A stretch of DNA of 64,000 bases from a cyanobacterium endosymbiont of Rhopalodia gibba (lineage in GTDB: Bacteria; Cyanobacteriota; Cyanobacteriia; Cyanobacteriales; Microcystaceae), in NCBI GenBank assembly GCA_045159875.1, contig CP067995.1, positions 2,368,001-2,432,000 on the forward strand. The letters run 5' to 3'. Numbering within the stretch: the first letter of the stretch is position 1; each line of letters begins with the position of its first letter. Shown here one piece after another: positions 55,191 through 64,000 of the stretch. The position numbers and the translations under genes were made by a program. The notes under the pieces are model-generated. The model did not search any database. It worked only from the letters and a program-made list of their open reading frames with translations, and was not told the origin of the DNA.

Positions 55191-56678
55191 ATGCTGCTAA
55201 CTGATATCCTCTTACTCGATTATAAACGCTGTCAACGGCGTGCCTTTCTTAATGTTTATGGTGATTCCTTTGAAAAAGGTGCTGAACGGGACTTTCTGCT
55301 AAAGTTACGCCAGGAAAATCAACTTCATATCACCTCAACCTTGGAAACATTTTATCCCCATTATCAAAAGCCTCAATATGACTTGAGGAATTCGACAGCT
55401 CAGGCAAAAGCCACGGAAGCTTTGATGAGACAAGGGATTAGCTGTATTTACAATGGAACACTGTTTGAATCTCACGAATTTAGGCAACAGTATCACTCTC
55501 ACTCGACTCTAACATTGTTCCCGGATCATTATGAGTTTAATTGCCTGGGAAAACCTACATTATTAGTAAAACACCCTGGACAGTCAAAATTTGGGGATTG
55601 GTTCTATTCTCCTGTAAGTATTTATTTAGGTCGTCGTCCCAAACCTGAATATAAAATGGTCGCAACGTTTTATGCCTATCTTTTAGGCAATCTTCAAGAA
55701 ACCCCTTCTCCAGCGCCGACATTGATTTTACGCCAACATAACCATTATGAAGTGGATCTGAGCCAATGGTTGCCAAGACTTCAGATAGCGGCTACAGACT
55801 GTTTGGAAATGCTCATCCAATCTCAAGAGCCAGAAGTGTTTATTTCTCGTCAACGGTGTAATTTGTGCCATTGGTATAAACATTGTTATGCAATTGCCCA
55901 ATCTCAACAACATTTATCGTTAGTTCCAGGGGTAACACCGAGTCGTTATCAGTCTTTGTTGGACATAGGGGTAGAGACAGTGAAATCTTTAGCCGATATT
56001 TCTCCTGTGAACATAAGAGAAGTCATGGATTCTGATTTGGCTAGCCAACTCCAACAACAAGCCCAAGCGATAGTAGACAATCGGGCGATCCGAAAATCCC
56101 AGTTTCAAAGCGATATTCATGGATTAATTCCTACTCGGGAATTTGAGTTATATTTCGATATTGAAGCTGAACCAGAACGGAAATTAGATTATTTATTAGG
56201 GGTATTATTGGTAGAACACTCAACTCAAACAGAGACATTTTATCCTTTGTTGGCAGAAAGTCCTGAAGATGAGCAGCACATTTGGCAACAGTTCCTTGAC
56301 TTAGTTAACCAATATCAAGATGCTCCTATTTTTCACTTTTCTGAGTATGAAGTAGAAACAATGAAACGGTTAGCCAAATTATACAAAACTCCTCAATGGC
56401 AACTCGAACGTTTATTATCCCGTTTTGTTGATCTTCATCACCGTGTTATTACCTCTGTAATTTTACCTGTGGAAAGTTATTCCCTAAAATCTTTAGCCAA
56501 CTGGATTGGATTTCATTGGCGTGATCCTGGTATTAGCGGAGATCAATGCGTTTGCTGGTATGATCAATGGTTAAAGACAGAAGATCGTACTTTATTATCC
56601 TCTATTTTGCGTTATAACGAGGATGATTGTCGTGCAACTCTTTATCTCAAAAATTGGTTATTAAAATTTCTAGGTTAA
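55191..56678 (+). CDS. TM0106-family RecB-like putative nuclease with C-terminal RNase H-like domain
   Basis: YKRCQRRAFL, CNLCHWYKHC, YFDIEAEP, SYSLK and YNEDDC motifs. Confidence 0.85.
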   Translation: MLLTDILLLDYKRCQRRAFLNVYGDSFEKGAERDFLLKLRQENQLHITSTLETFYPHYQKPQYDLRNSTAQAKATEALMRQGISCIYNGTLFESHEFRQQYHSHSTLTLFPDHYEFNCLGKPTLLVKHPGQSKFGDWFYSPVSIYLGRRPKPEYKMVATFYAYLLGNLQETPSPAPTLILRQHNHYEVDLSQWLPRLQIAATDCLEMLIQSQEPEVFISRQRCNLCHWYKHCYAIAQSQQHLSLVPGVTPSRYQSLLDIGVETVKSLADISPVNIREVMDSDLASQLQQQAQAIVDNRAIRKSQFQSDIHGLIPTREFELYFDIEAEPERKLDYLLGVLLVEHSTQTETFYPLLAESPEDEQHIWQQFLDLVNQYQDAPIFHFSEYEVETMKRLAKLYKTPQWQLERLLSRFVDLHHRVITSVILPVESYSLKSLANWIGFHWRDPGISGDQCVCWYDQWLKTEDRTLLSSILRYNEDDCRATLYLKNWLLKFLG

Positions 56679-56951
56679 AGATTTCGAAGAACTGATGTAA
56701 AAAGACTCTAAACTTCTTTAAATCTAGCTCAATAATTATTCATGAACAGAACTAATTTCTGATGAGAAATGCCTTTGTTTTTAAAGTTATGTAAATATTT
56801 TTTACAATTTCTCAGTTTAGTTATCTAGATTACCAGTTTTTTGAGAACGTCAATGTTATCCTCAAATAAGAACAGGCGTTAAGATGATGAGGCCCATAGG
56901 ATTTTCCCTCTAATGTTTTTGTTAATCTCAGTGATCAGAAGGTGATTTGTT

Positions 56952-57188
56952 ATGATGCTCCCAGTTTTTCCTCTCTTATTCTTTGTAACCTCCATCGGGA
57001 GTATTTTGTGGTATCAACGGACAGATAATGATATTTTTGGAGTTTTAGCCGCTGCGAGTGCCTTGACTTGTCTAATTTGGGGATTAATCATTGCCCATTG
57101 GTCAATTCATTTGGTGAGTTTAATTATGTTGCTAAGATTTGGATCGCCTGTTTTCAACGCTATTCAAGTTAAAGTGAGCGACAAATAA
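56952..57188 (+). CDS. Small membrane hypothetical protein
   Basis: 78 aa with hydrophobic segments; gaaggtga ribosome-binding-like site; followed by a hairpin. Confidence 0.65.
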   Translation: MMLPVFPLLFFVTSIGSILWYQRTDNDIFGVLAAASALTCLIWGLIIAHWSIHLVSLIMLLRFGSPVFNAIQVKVSDK

Positions 57189-57213
57189 GTTTAAGATCAC
57201 CAGGGAAAAGTAA

Positions 57214-57262
57214 AAAGCTGTTGGAATTTAGACTTTTTATGTCTCATCAATCCAACAGCTTT
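57214..57262. terminator. Probable bidirectional terminator hairpin
   Basis: aaagctgttgga / tccaacagcttt, 12-bp arms between convergent small genes. Confidence 0.6.
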
Positions 57263-57278
57263 GGTCTAAAAAAACAAA

Positions 57279-57443
57279 TTAGTCTTCGCCACTTTCGGCG
57301 TCTTCAGCACCAGGAGTAATTTCTTCGGTAGTCGGTTGAATACTATCTTCAACCCTTCCATCTTCTTCAGAAGGACTAGAACAAGCTCCGATGATAGTAG
57401 CTAGACTAAGAGCAAAAAATAACTGCATTGTTTTTGAAGGCAT
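57279..57443 (-). CDS. 54-aa acidic lipoprotein (absent from the ORF track)
   Basis: MPSKTMQLFFALSLATIIGACSSPSEEDGRVEDSIQPTTEEITPGAEDAESGED*; AGGAG site about 8 nt upstream; IIGAC lipobox; downstream hairpin. Confidence 0.8.
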   Translation of the reverse strand: MPSKTMQLFFALSLATIIGACSSPSEEDGRVEDSIQPTTEEITPGAEDAESGED

Positions 57444-58382
57444 AGGTATTCTCCTAAAATAATCTTCTAAAGCTCCTATTGTAGATATAAATACTTATTT
57501 TTTTCAATAACAGAGATTAACAAAATATAATATGTAGTTCCAATAACCCCTGTTGACAAATGATGATTTTGACTATTGACTCAGGTTTTTACGTCCAAAA
57601 AATAAAATGATCTAATTAAGAAAATATCTAAAGTTAATTTTGTTGATGAGATGAAAACTGTAGTTTAGTAAGTAAAATCAGCTAAGAATAATGCTGAGGC
57701 TTATAAAACCCGCTCTCAAAGTTGAAAAGTATAAAATATGCTTGAAACTTCTCTAGAACGTAATTTTTAAAAAAAATAGCAGTTTATCCTCAATATATTC
57801 ATTCTTCTTTAGTTGTTAAGGGAAAAGAATGTTCTATAGAAGCCATACGGATAATGTTTTTACAGAGGGTAAGTGATTTTTGCGTTCTGATGTTTTGTTT
57901 ATCTTGTTTCTCAATATTTTTAAGACTTATTAGGGGAGTGAATTGGTATATTGAAAATACTGAAGGGAAAAAGATCTATAGATTTAAAGCAAGTTTAATG
58001 TTAGCATGTCTGTTTTTCAAAACATTATGTTAGGCTTGTGACCTAAGCAGTTTAATTAGTAGTGATAGGATAGATTAAAAATTGAGTTAAAAAGCCAGCT
58101 AAACAGAAAATTTTGTTTAATATAGATTAAGATTCGTCGTTTAATTTTTGCTCAAAAAAACCCTATAATTTAATTTTCTATCTAAAACTTGTACAAATTT
58201 GTTACGTCAATGAGGAAGTTTATAATAATGAGGAAGTTTCTAATTAGAGAAGTATTATTAATTATAAAAATAATTAATAATTAAGGCTATTTTAGCCTAG
58301 CTATGAGAAAAGCATAGTAAACAAAGTCTGACGATATTGCTTTGTAAGCTTTCTACAACTCCCTACAATTTCTCCTCTCTAG

Positions 58383-59051
58383 TTAAAGAACAACTTGGCT
58401 CAGAATATATTGCAGACGATCATAATCGTCTTTCAGTAAAATACTTAAACTTCGTCCTACTTTAACTAGCCAATCCCGCTCAGCTTTTCGTAATAAATAA
58501 ATCTCCCGTATTGTAGCAGCAATTAAGGCTTCAGGTGGAGCATCTTTAACTTGTAGGAGAATGCGTAAAAAGTCTATTTTATCACTAAAGTGAATAATTT
58601 CTGCAGGTTGACATAGATAGACTCCCTGATGAATTTGGGGCGGACGAGGGGGTAACTATTGATAAACTCTTCCAGGAGTTTTTCCATTACCATTAACTCC
58701 ATGATCAGGAGTTTCAAAACCGACAATGGTGGTGCGAAACTCAGTGTTTAGCATAGCAAAAATTTGGGGTTGCTGCTCGCGTAAATCTGTCAAAGATAAT
58801 CCTAATGCTCGCGCTCGATGCACTGAGTCAATGGGTGAAGTGGTAGCGTAAGTGACAATCCCCAAAATTTTATTCCCTGATTCTTCATCTAAAGATTTAA
58901 CCCAACTGCCAAAAGCAGGCATCACCGGAAAGTTTAGTTCTTCAGGTTCGAGACATTGAGCTAAAAATTGAGTGGTTGATGTTTCAATTACTTCAGCAAT
59001 ATGACCCAGTTGACGGTTATCCGTTGTAAATCGGAGTAGGGGAGGACACAT
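58383..59051 (-). pseudogene. HAS-barrel domain protein interrupted by one in-frame TAG (58656-58658)
   Basis: HIAEVIETSTT...PAFGSWVK...GRVYQ*LPPRPPQIHQGVY...LLKDDYDRLQYILSQVVL*; the frame stays open for 90 codons after the stop. Confidence 0.85.
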
Positions 59052-59146
59052 AAGCTATAGCTATTCATTATCTAAATTATTAAGATAAGGGACTGAGCTC
59101 CATTTAACCAATCTTAAAGGAGCTCACTATAAACGTACAATTAATG

Positions 59147-59344
59147 CTATTTCCTCTTTTTAGCAGCTGTAGGATCAAATGCTTCTAATTCAGATAGTTG
59201 GAAAGTGACGAGTTTATCCCAGTTACCTTCTTCAAATAAGATAGCAGCTTTTCCATCGCTCACCCGCTGTACAAGTCCTTCAAAACAGTAGTAAGTATCA
59301 TAAGGATTAGTAACTCGCACGGTTGTACCAGGTACAATTATCAT
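59147..59344 (-). CDS. ndhS: NAD(P)H-quinone oxidoreductase subunit S (start 59344)
   Basis: [43 protein letters not shown]. Confidence 0.92.
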   Translation of the reverse strand: MIIVPGTTVRVTNPYDTYYCFEGLVQRVSDGKAAILFEEGNWDKLVTFQLSELEAFDPTAAKKRK

Positions 59345-61552
59345 GGTTTTTGTCTCGTTAGTAACGTTTCTCTGTATTAGCTTAACACCAAAGATATCTA
59401 GTTCATACGATAAACTGTTGTTCATCGTATGGCATAGTTCTCTATTATTTGTTTTATTTGATTATTGTTTAATATTTATATACTATAGTGACCAAAGATT
59501 ATTAGTTAACTTAACAATATTTATTCTTGTATTAACACAACTCTTAAATCTTTTATTTGCTTAATTGGTAAAATATATTTTTTCATAAACCTCAATTATC
59601 GAGGTATTTTATTTTGATAAATATTTGTTTGAATTTGGTTAATTTTTTAACTTAAAATCTTTGGTCATAAATTAGCAATTACATAAATAATAGATTGGAT
59701 TTTAGTTTGTCCGGCAATAACTAGCTTATCAAGGATAAGTAATCTTTACAGGAAAGATAAATTGTTTTCATTGATCGGTTGATTATCCTAAGCTTCTAAA
59801 ATTTTAGGATTAAAGACAGAAAGTAATTTATTATAAAGTATTGTATTTTTATTTTTTAAAAAAAATAGTGAATAATATAATAAAACAATCAAGTATTTTA
59901 GAAAAAATTAATTATGATATAGTTAATGTTTGTCCTCGTTAAAAAATACCATATTTACTTTTCAATATTTATATAATAAATGTGTAATTTTAAAATTATT
60001 TTTAATAATTTTATTGTGACTTTCAGTAGTTATTATATTAATTTTATAGACAAAGTATTATATATCTTATATGTTAGTAATTATTTGATAAGTATCTAGA
60101 GCAATATCCATTTTATTTATATCATGTGACATACAGTAAATACTCTAAATTTCGGTAAAAAAAGTTATTTTATTTTCTTCAAGCGATTTAATTCCATGAA
60201 GTGTTACTCTATTTTTAACTTTTAAAACTTTTTTTAACAGATAAATATCAATATTCATTATTAGAATATAACAAAGAACTAAGTAGAGGAAAAATTTTAT
60301 ATATTTATTTACAATATTGTTGCTTATTTAACTTATAAAAAGTTGTTTTTAACTTAAAATATTATATGTTAAAAAACAATAAAAATTATTTTTATTAGAA
60401 TTTTTTCAATTAATAAAGACTAAATCGTAAAAAGATTACTAATTATGCTTTGATTGATATATAATCCAAGGTATTATTATTGACTGGGTAAAAAATAGAG
60501 CTTAATTAATTAGACTGTAAAAGTTAAAATAATTAGATTTTAATAGTTAAAATTTTCATATATTTATGACTGCATTTCTTAAATTAGAAGTAAATATATA
60601 CTGCTTTCCAGAAAAAACTTATCACTTATTTTTTATAACTACTCAATAAATGTTTATAGTCAAGATTAACAATCTTACTGAATTTAAATTATTTAAAAGT
60701 TTATTTTCTTTTATTAGACAATAAAATCTGTTTAATTAATTAAAAGCAATAATCATATATACTTTCTTCTGTTATGTCTGTTTAGTGTTCTTTTGATTTT
60801 CGAAAAAATACTAAAATCATAATAAATATATATTTTTTGATATTAAAAAAATATTATCGAACGTTAATCGATAAAAAAAAATAGAAAAAATATCCTAATC
60901 AACTAATAAAGTTATTATACAATAAATGCAACCTATCAATAAATTAAATAAAAACTAATTGTATTTCCGTAATATTTCTTGATTAAACTTATTTAAAGCT
61001 AATTAAAATAAGGAGCAATAGATACTTAAATATTAGCAAATAAATTAATAAAGTGAATTATTGCCTAAATTATATTAGACAATGATACCTAATAGCTTAA
61101 AAAATAAATTTTTTAAAATTAAATGATAATTATTGACGGGCTTATCAAATAAAAATTTATTTGATAAGTTTTTTCCCGAAAAACAGAGTGATTTTAAAAT
61201 TAAAATAGATAATCAATCAAGTAAAATAAAAATTTTACCGACGACTTCTAAAGTAGAGAGTTACCGTAATACTTTATCCATATTTCTATTCCATCTTTTT
61301 AATTATTTTTTGAGGTTCTCAAGTAATTTAAGTAATAATTTAGTTTATCTGTCTCACTTTTTGGTTGATATATTTAGCCTTAAACTCCATCATATCCTCT
61401 TCAATTAACGTACGTTTCATCATTATTCATGTAAATAATCAAAATTCTTTCATCCATATGAAAAGGTGACATGATAGGTAAATTATGCTACATTCCTCAA
61501 AATGCCACAATAATCAAAATATGATCACGACAGACTTCTATTGGTAACTTCT

Positions 61553-64000
61553 ATGGCTAGGTTTTCTAAAACTCCTAAATCACTTACAGGTGCTCAAATT
61601 CGAGAGAAATTTCTTAAATTCTACGAGGAAAAACAACACAAAATCTTACCCAGTGCATCTTTAATTCCAGAAGATCCTTCTGTACTTCTAACCATTGCAG
61701 GGATGTTACCTTTTAAACCTATCTTCTTGGGAAAACAAAAACCAGACTATCCTCGGGCTACCACTTCGCAAAAGTGTATTCGTACCAATGATATCGAAAA
61801 TGTGGGACGTACTGCGAGACACCATACTTTTTTCGAGATGTTGGGAAATTTCAGTTTTGGGGATTATTTTAAAGAACAAGCAATTGCCTACGCTTGGGAA
61901 TTATCAACTCAAGTGTTTAAACTACCCCCAGAAAATCTTGTTGTGAGCGTTTTTGAGGACGATGAGGAAGCATTTGCAATTTGGCGTGATAAAATTGGCA
62001 TCTCTCCCTGTCGCATTCAAAAAATGGGGGAAAAAGATAACTTTTGGAAAGCAGGCTCCACGGGACCTTGTGGACCTTGTTCAGAGATGTATTATGACTT
62101 TCATCCTGAATTGGGGGATAATAATATTAATTTAGAAGATGACTCCCGTTTCATCGAGTTTTATAATTTGGTGTTCATGCAATATAACCGTGATGCAGAA
62201 GGGAATTTAACCCCGTTAGAAAATAAAAATATTGACACAGGAATGGGGTTAGAACGGATGGCTCAAATTCTACAGAAGGTACCTAATAATTACGAAACAG
62301 ATCTAATTTTTGCTATTATTGAAACGGCAGCAAAAATTGCTAGAATTAACTATAGAAAAACTGACGAAAAAACCAAAGTATCTTTGAAAGTAATTGGCGA
62401 TCATGTGCGGTCCGTAGTTCAGATGATAGCTGATGGAATTACTGCTTCAAATACGGATCGTGGTTATGTATTACGTCGATTGATTCGTCGAGTGGTACGT
62501 CATGGTCGGTTAATTGGAATAGATGGAGAATTTATTACTAAGGTTGCTGAAACAGCGATGCAACTTTCTGAAGAAGAATATCCTAATGTTAGAGAAAGAG
62601 AAACACTAATTAAAGAAGAATTACAACGAGAAGAATCTAGTTTTTTAGAAACTTTAGAACGCGGAGAAAGCCTATTAGCAAAAATTATCAAGAATACCTA
62701 TAAAAATAGTAAAATTTCAGGAGTGGATGCGTTTACACTTTATGATACCTATGGATTTCCTCTAGAATTAACCCAAGAAATTGCAGAAGAACAGGGGTTA
62801 ACTATTGATGTTGACGGCTTTGAAGTAGCGATGAAAGAACAGAAAGAACGGTCAAAAGCTGACTATAAAACCATTGATTTAACCGTACAAGGTAGCTTGG
62901 ATAAATTGCGTGAATATATCAATCCTACAATTTTTTTAGGCTATACAGAACCTAAAACGACGGCTAAAGTAAAAGCAATTTTGGAAAAAGGAAACCTCGT
63001 TAAAAATGCGACATTAGGAACCGATATTCAGATTGTTTTAGATCAAACTACTTTTTACGGAGAGTCGGGAGGACAAGTCGGTGATTGCGGTTATTTGACT
63101 GGGGATAATTTACTAGTTTGTATTAAAGACGTTAAGAAAGAATCGGGTATTTTTCTTCATTTTGGACGAGTTGAGCGAGGAATTATTGAAGTAGAAAATA
63201 CTATCACCGCAACTATTAATAACGCCTGTCGTCATCGAGTTCAAGCACATCATACTGCTATCCATTTATTACAAGCCGCGTTGAAAAAAATAGTTGATGA
63301 TTCTATTTCTCAAGCAGGATCATTAGTAAACTTCGAACGCTTGCGTTTCGATTTCAATTATATCCGTGGCATAAGACCGGAAGAATTACAAGAGATTGAG
63401 ACTTTAATTAATAGTTGGATCTCCGAAGCGCACGATACCCAGATATCAGTTATGGAGTTAAAAAAAGCTAGAGATAAAGGAGCAATTGCTCTGTTTGGGG
63501 AGAAATATAACACAGAAGTTCGGGTAATAGATATTCCAGGAGTTTCTATGGAATTATGTGGGGGAACTCATGTTAAGAACACTGCCGAGATTGGACTATT
63601 TAAAATTATTTCTGAAAGTGGTATTTCTTCAGGAGTAAGACGTATTGAGGCGGTGGCAGGTCATGCGGTTTTAGAATACTTAAATGTGCGAGAAATGGTG
63701 GTTAAAGAACTTTGTAATCGCTTTAAAATTAAACCAGAAGAAATTAGCAATCGTATTAAATTTCTGCAATCTGAATTAAAAACTACTCAGAAGAAATTAG
63801 AGGTAGTAAAACAGGAACTTGCTATTGCTAAATCTGACCAATTATTAAGTGAAGCTGAAGCGGTTGGTTCTTTCAAGATTTTAGTTTCAGATATGGGAGA
63901 TCTTGAGATAAAAGCTTTACAAACTGCGGCGGAAAGACTACAACAAAAATTGGGAGAAGCTGCGGTTATTTTAGCTTCAGTTCCCAGTGAAGGAAAGGTT
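61553..64000 (+). CDS. alaS: Alanine--tRNA ligase, partial (runs off the window end, so absent from the ORF track)
   Basis: LTGAQIREKFLKFY, AGMLPFKP, RHHTFFEMLGNFSFGDYFK, GPCGPCSE, IDTGMGLER, HTAIH and ELCGGTH; the last codons are still in frame. Confidence 0.97.
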   Translation, partial: MARFSKTPKSLTGAQIREKFLKFYEEKQHKILPSASLIPEDPSVLLTIAGMLPFKPIFLGKQKPDYPRATTSQKCIRTNDIENVGRTARHHTFFEMLGNFSFGDYFKEQAIAYAWELSTQVFKLPPENLVVSVFEDDEEAFAIWRDKIGISPCRIQKMGEKDNFWKAGSTGPCGPCSEMYYDFHPELGDNNINLEDDSRFIEFYNLVFMQYNRDAEGNLTPLENKNIDTGMGLERMAQILQKVPNNYETDLIFAIIETAAKIARINYRKTDEKTKVSLKVIGDHVRSVVQMIADGITASNTDRGYVLRRLIRRVVRHGRLIGIDGEFITKVAETAMQLSEEEYPNVRERETLIKEELQREESSFLETLERGESLLAKIIKNTYKNSKISGVDAFTLYDTYGFPLELTQEIAEEQGLTIDVDGFEVAMKEQKERSKADYKTIDLTVQGSLDKLREYINPTIFLGYTEPKTTAKVKAILEKGNLVKNATLGTDIQIVLDQTTFYGESGGQVGDCGYLTGDNLLVCIKDVKKESGIFLHFGRVERGIIEVENTITATINNACRHRVQAHHTAIHLLQAALKKIVDDSISQAGSLVNFERLRFDFNYIRGIRPEELQEIETLINSWISEAHDTQISVMELKKARDKGAIALFGEKYNTEVRVIDIPGVSMELCGGTHVKNTAEIGLFKIISESGISSGVRRIEAVAGHAVLEYLNVREMVVKELCNRFKIKPEEISNRIKFLQSELKTTQKKLEVVKQELAIAKSDQLLSEAEAVGSFKILVSDMGDLEIKALQTAAERLQQKLGEAAVILASVPSEGKV

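Noticed and set aside
24142..58658. Alternative genetic code or general stop readthrough as an explanation for the in-frame stops
   Set aside because: Both TAA and TAG occur as internal stops, frameshifts accompany them in scpA and hdrB, and intact genes terminate normally with TAA, TAG and TGA.
61133..61408. 91-aa ORF in the AT-rich desert
   Set aside because: TTG start, composition dominated by AT-rich codons, and no motif or ribosome-binding site.
61695..62691. Short ORFs at 61695, 61953 and 62500
   Set aside because: They are out-of-frame or antisense shadows inside alaS.

Overview
This is a cyanobacterial chromosome segment (Chroococcales, Cyanothece/Crocosphaera-like gene set) undergoing reductive evolution. 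Intact housekeeping genes (queF, hik2, pnp, valS, purN, gcvP, uvrB, alaS, cobA/hemD, mgdA/mgdE, cugP, ccdA/ccs1, cytM, ndhS, two tRNAs) alternate with 1-2 kb very AT-rich deserts full of gene relics. My inference is that it comes from a diatom (Rhopalodiaceae) spheroid body/diazoplast-type endosymbiont; the window itself cannot prove this. Main observations: both condensin accessory genes scpA and scpB are pseudogenes; an hdrB-like gene is decayed; a HAS-barrel gene carries a single in-frame TAG; a dead ISL3 element is present as two roughly 96% identical inverted copies that share lesions and bracket about 7.8 kb; the serpin gene next to tRNA-Glu is flanked by an exact 16-bp direct repeat; a 54-aa acidic lipoprotein and alaS are missing from the ORF track; long perfect palindromes and short tandem duplications sit in the deserts; and HIP1 sites are eroded mostly at the methylatable cytosine. 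I saw no CRISPR array, rRNA or intact mobile element. Gene names come from recognising protein sequences from memory, not from database searches.
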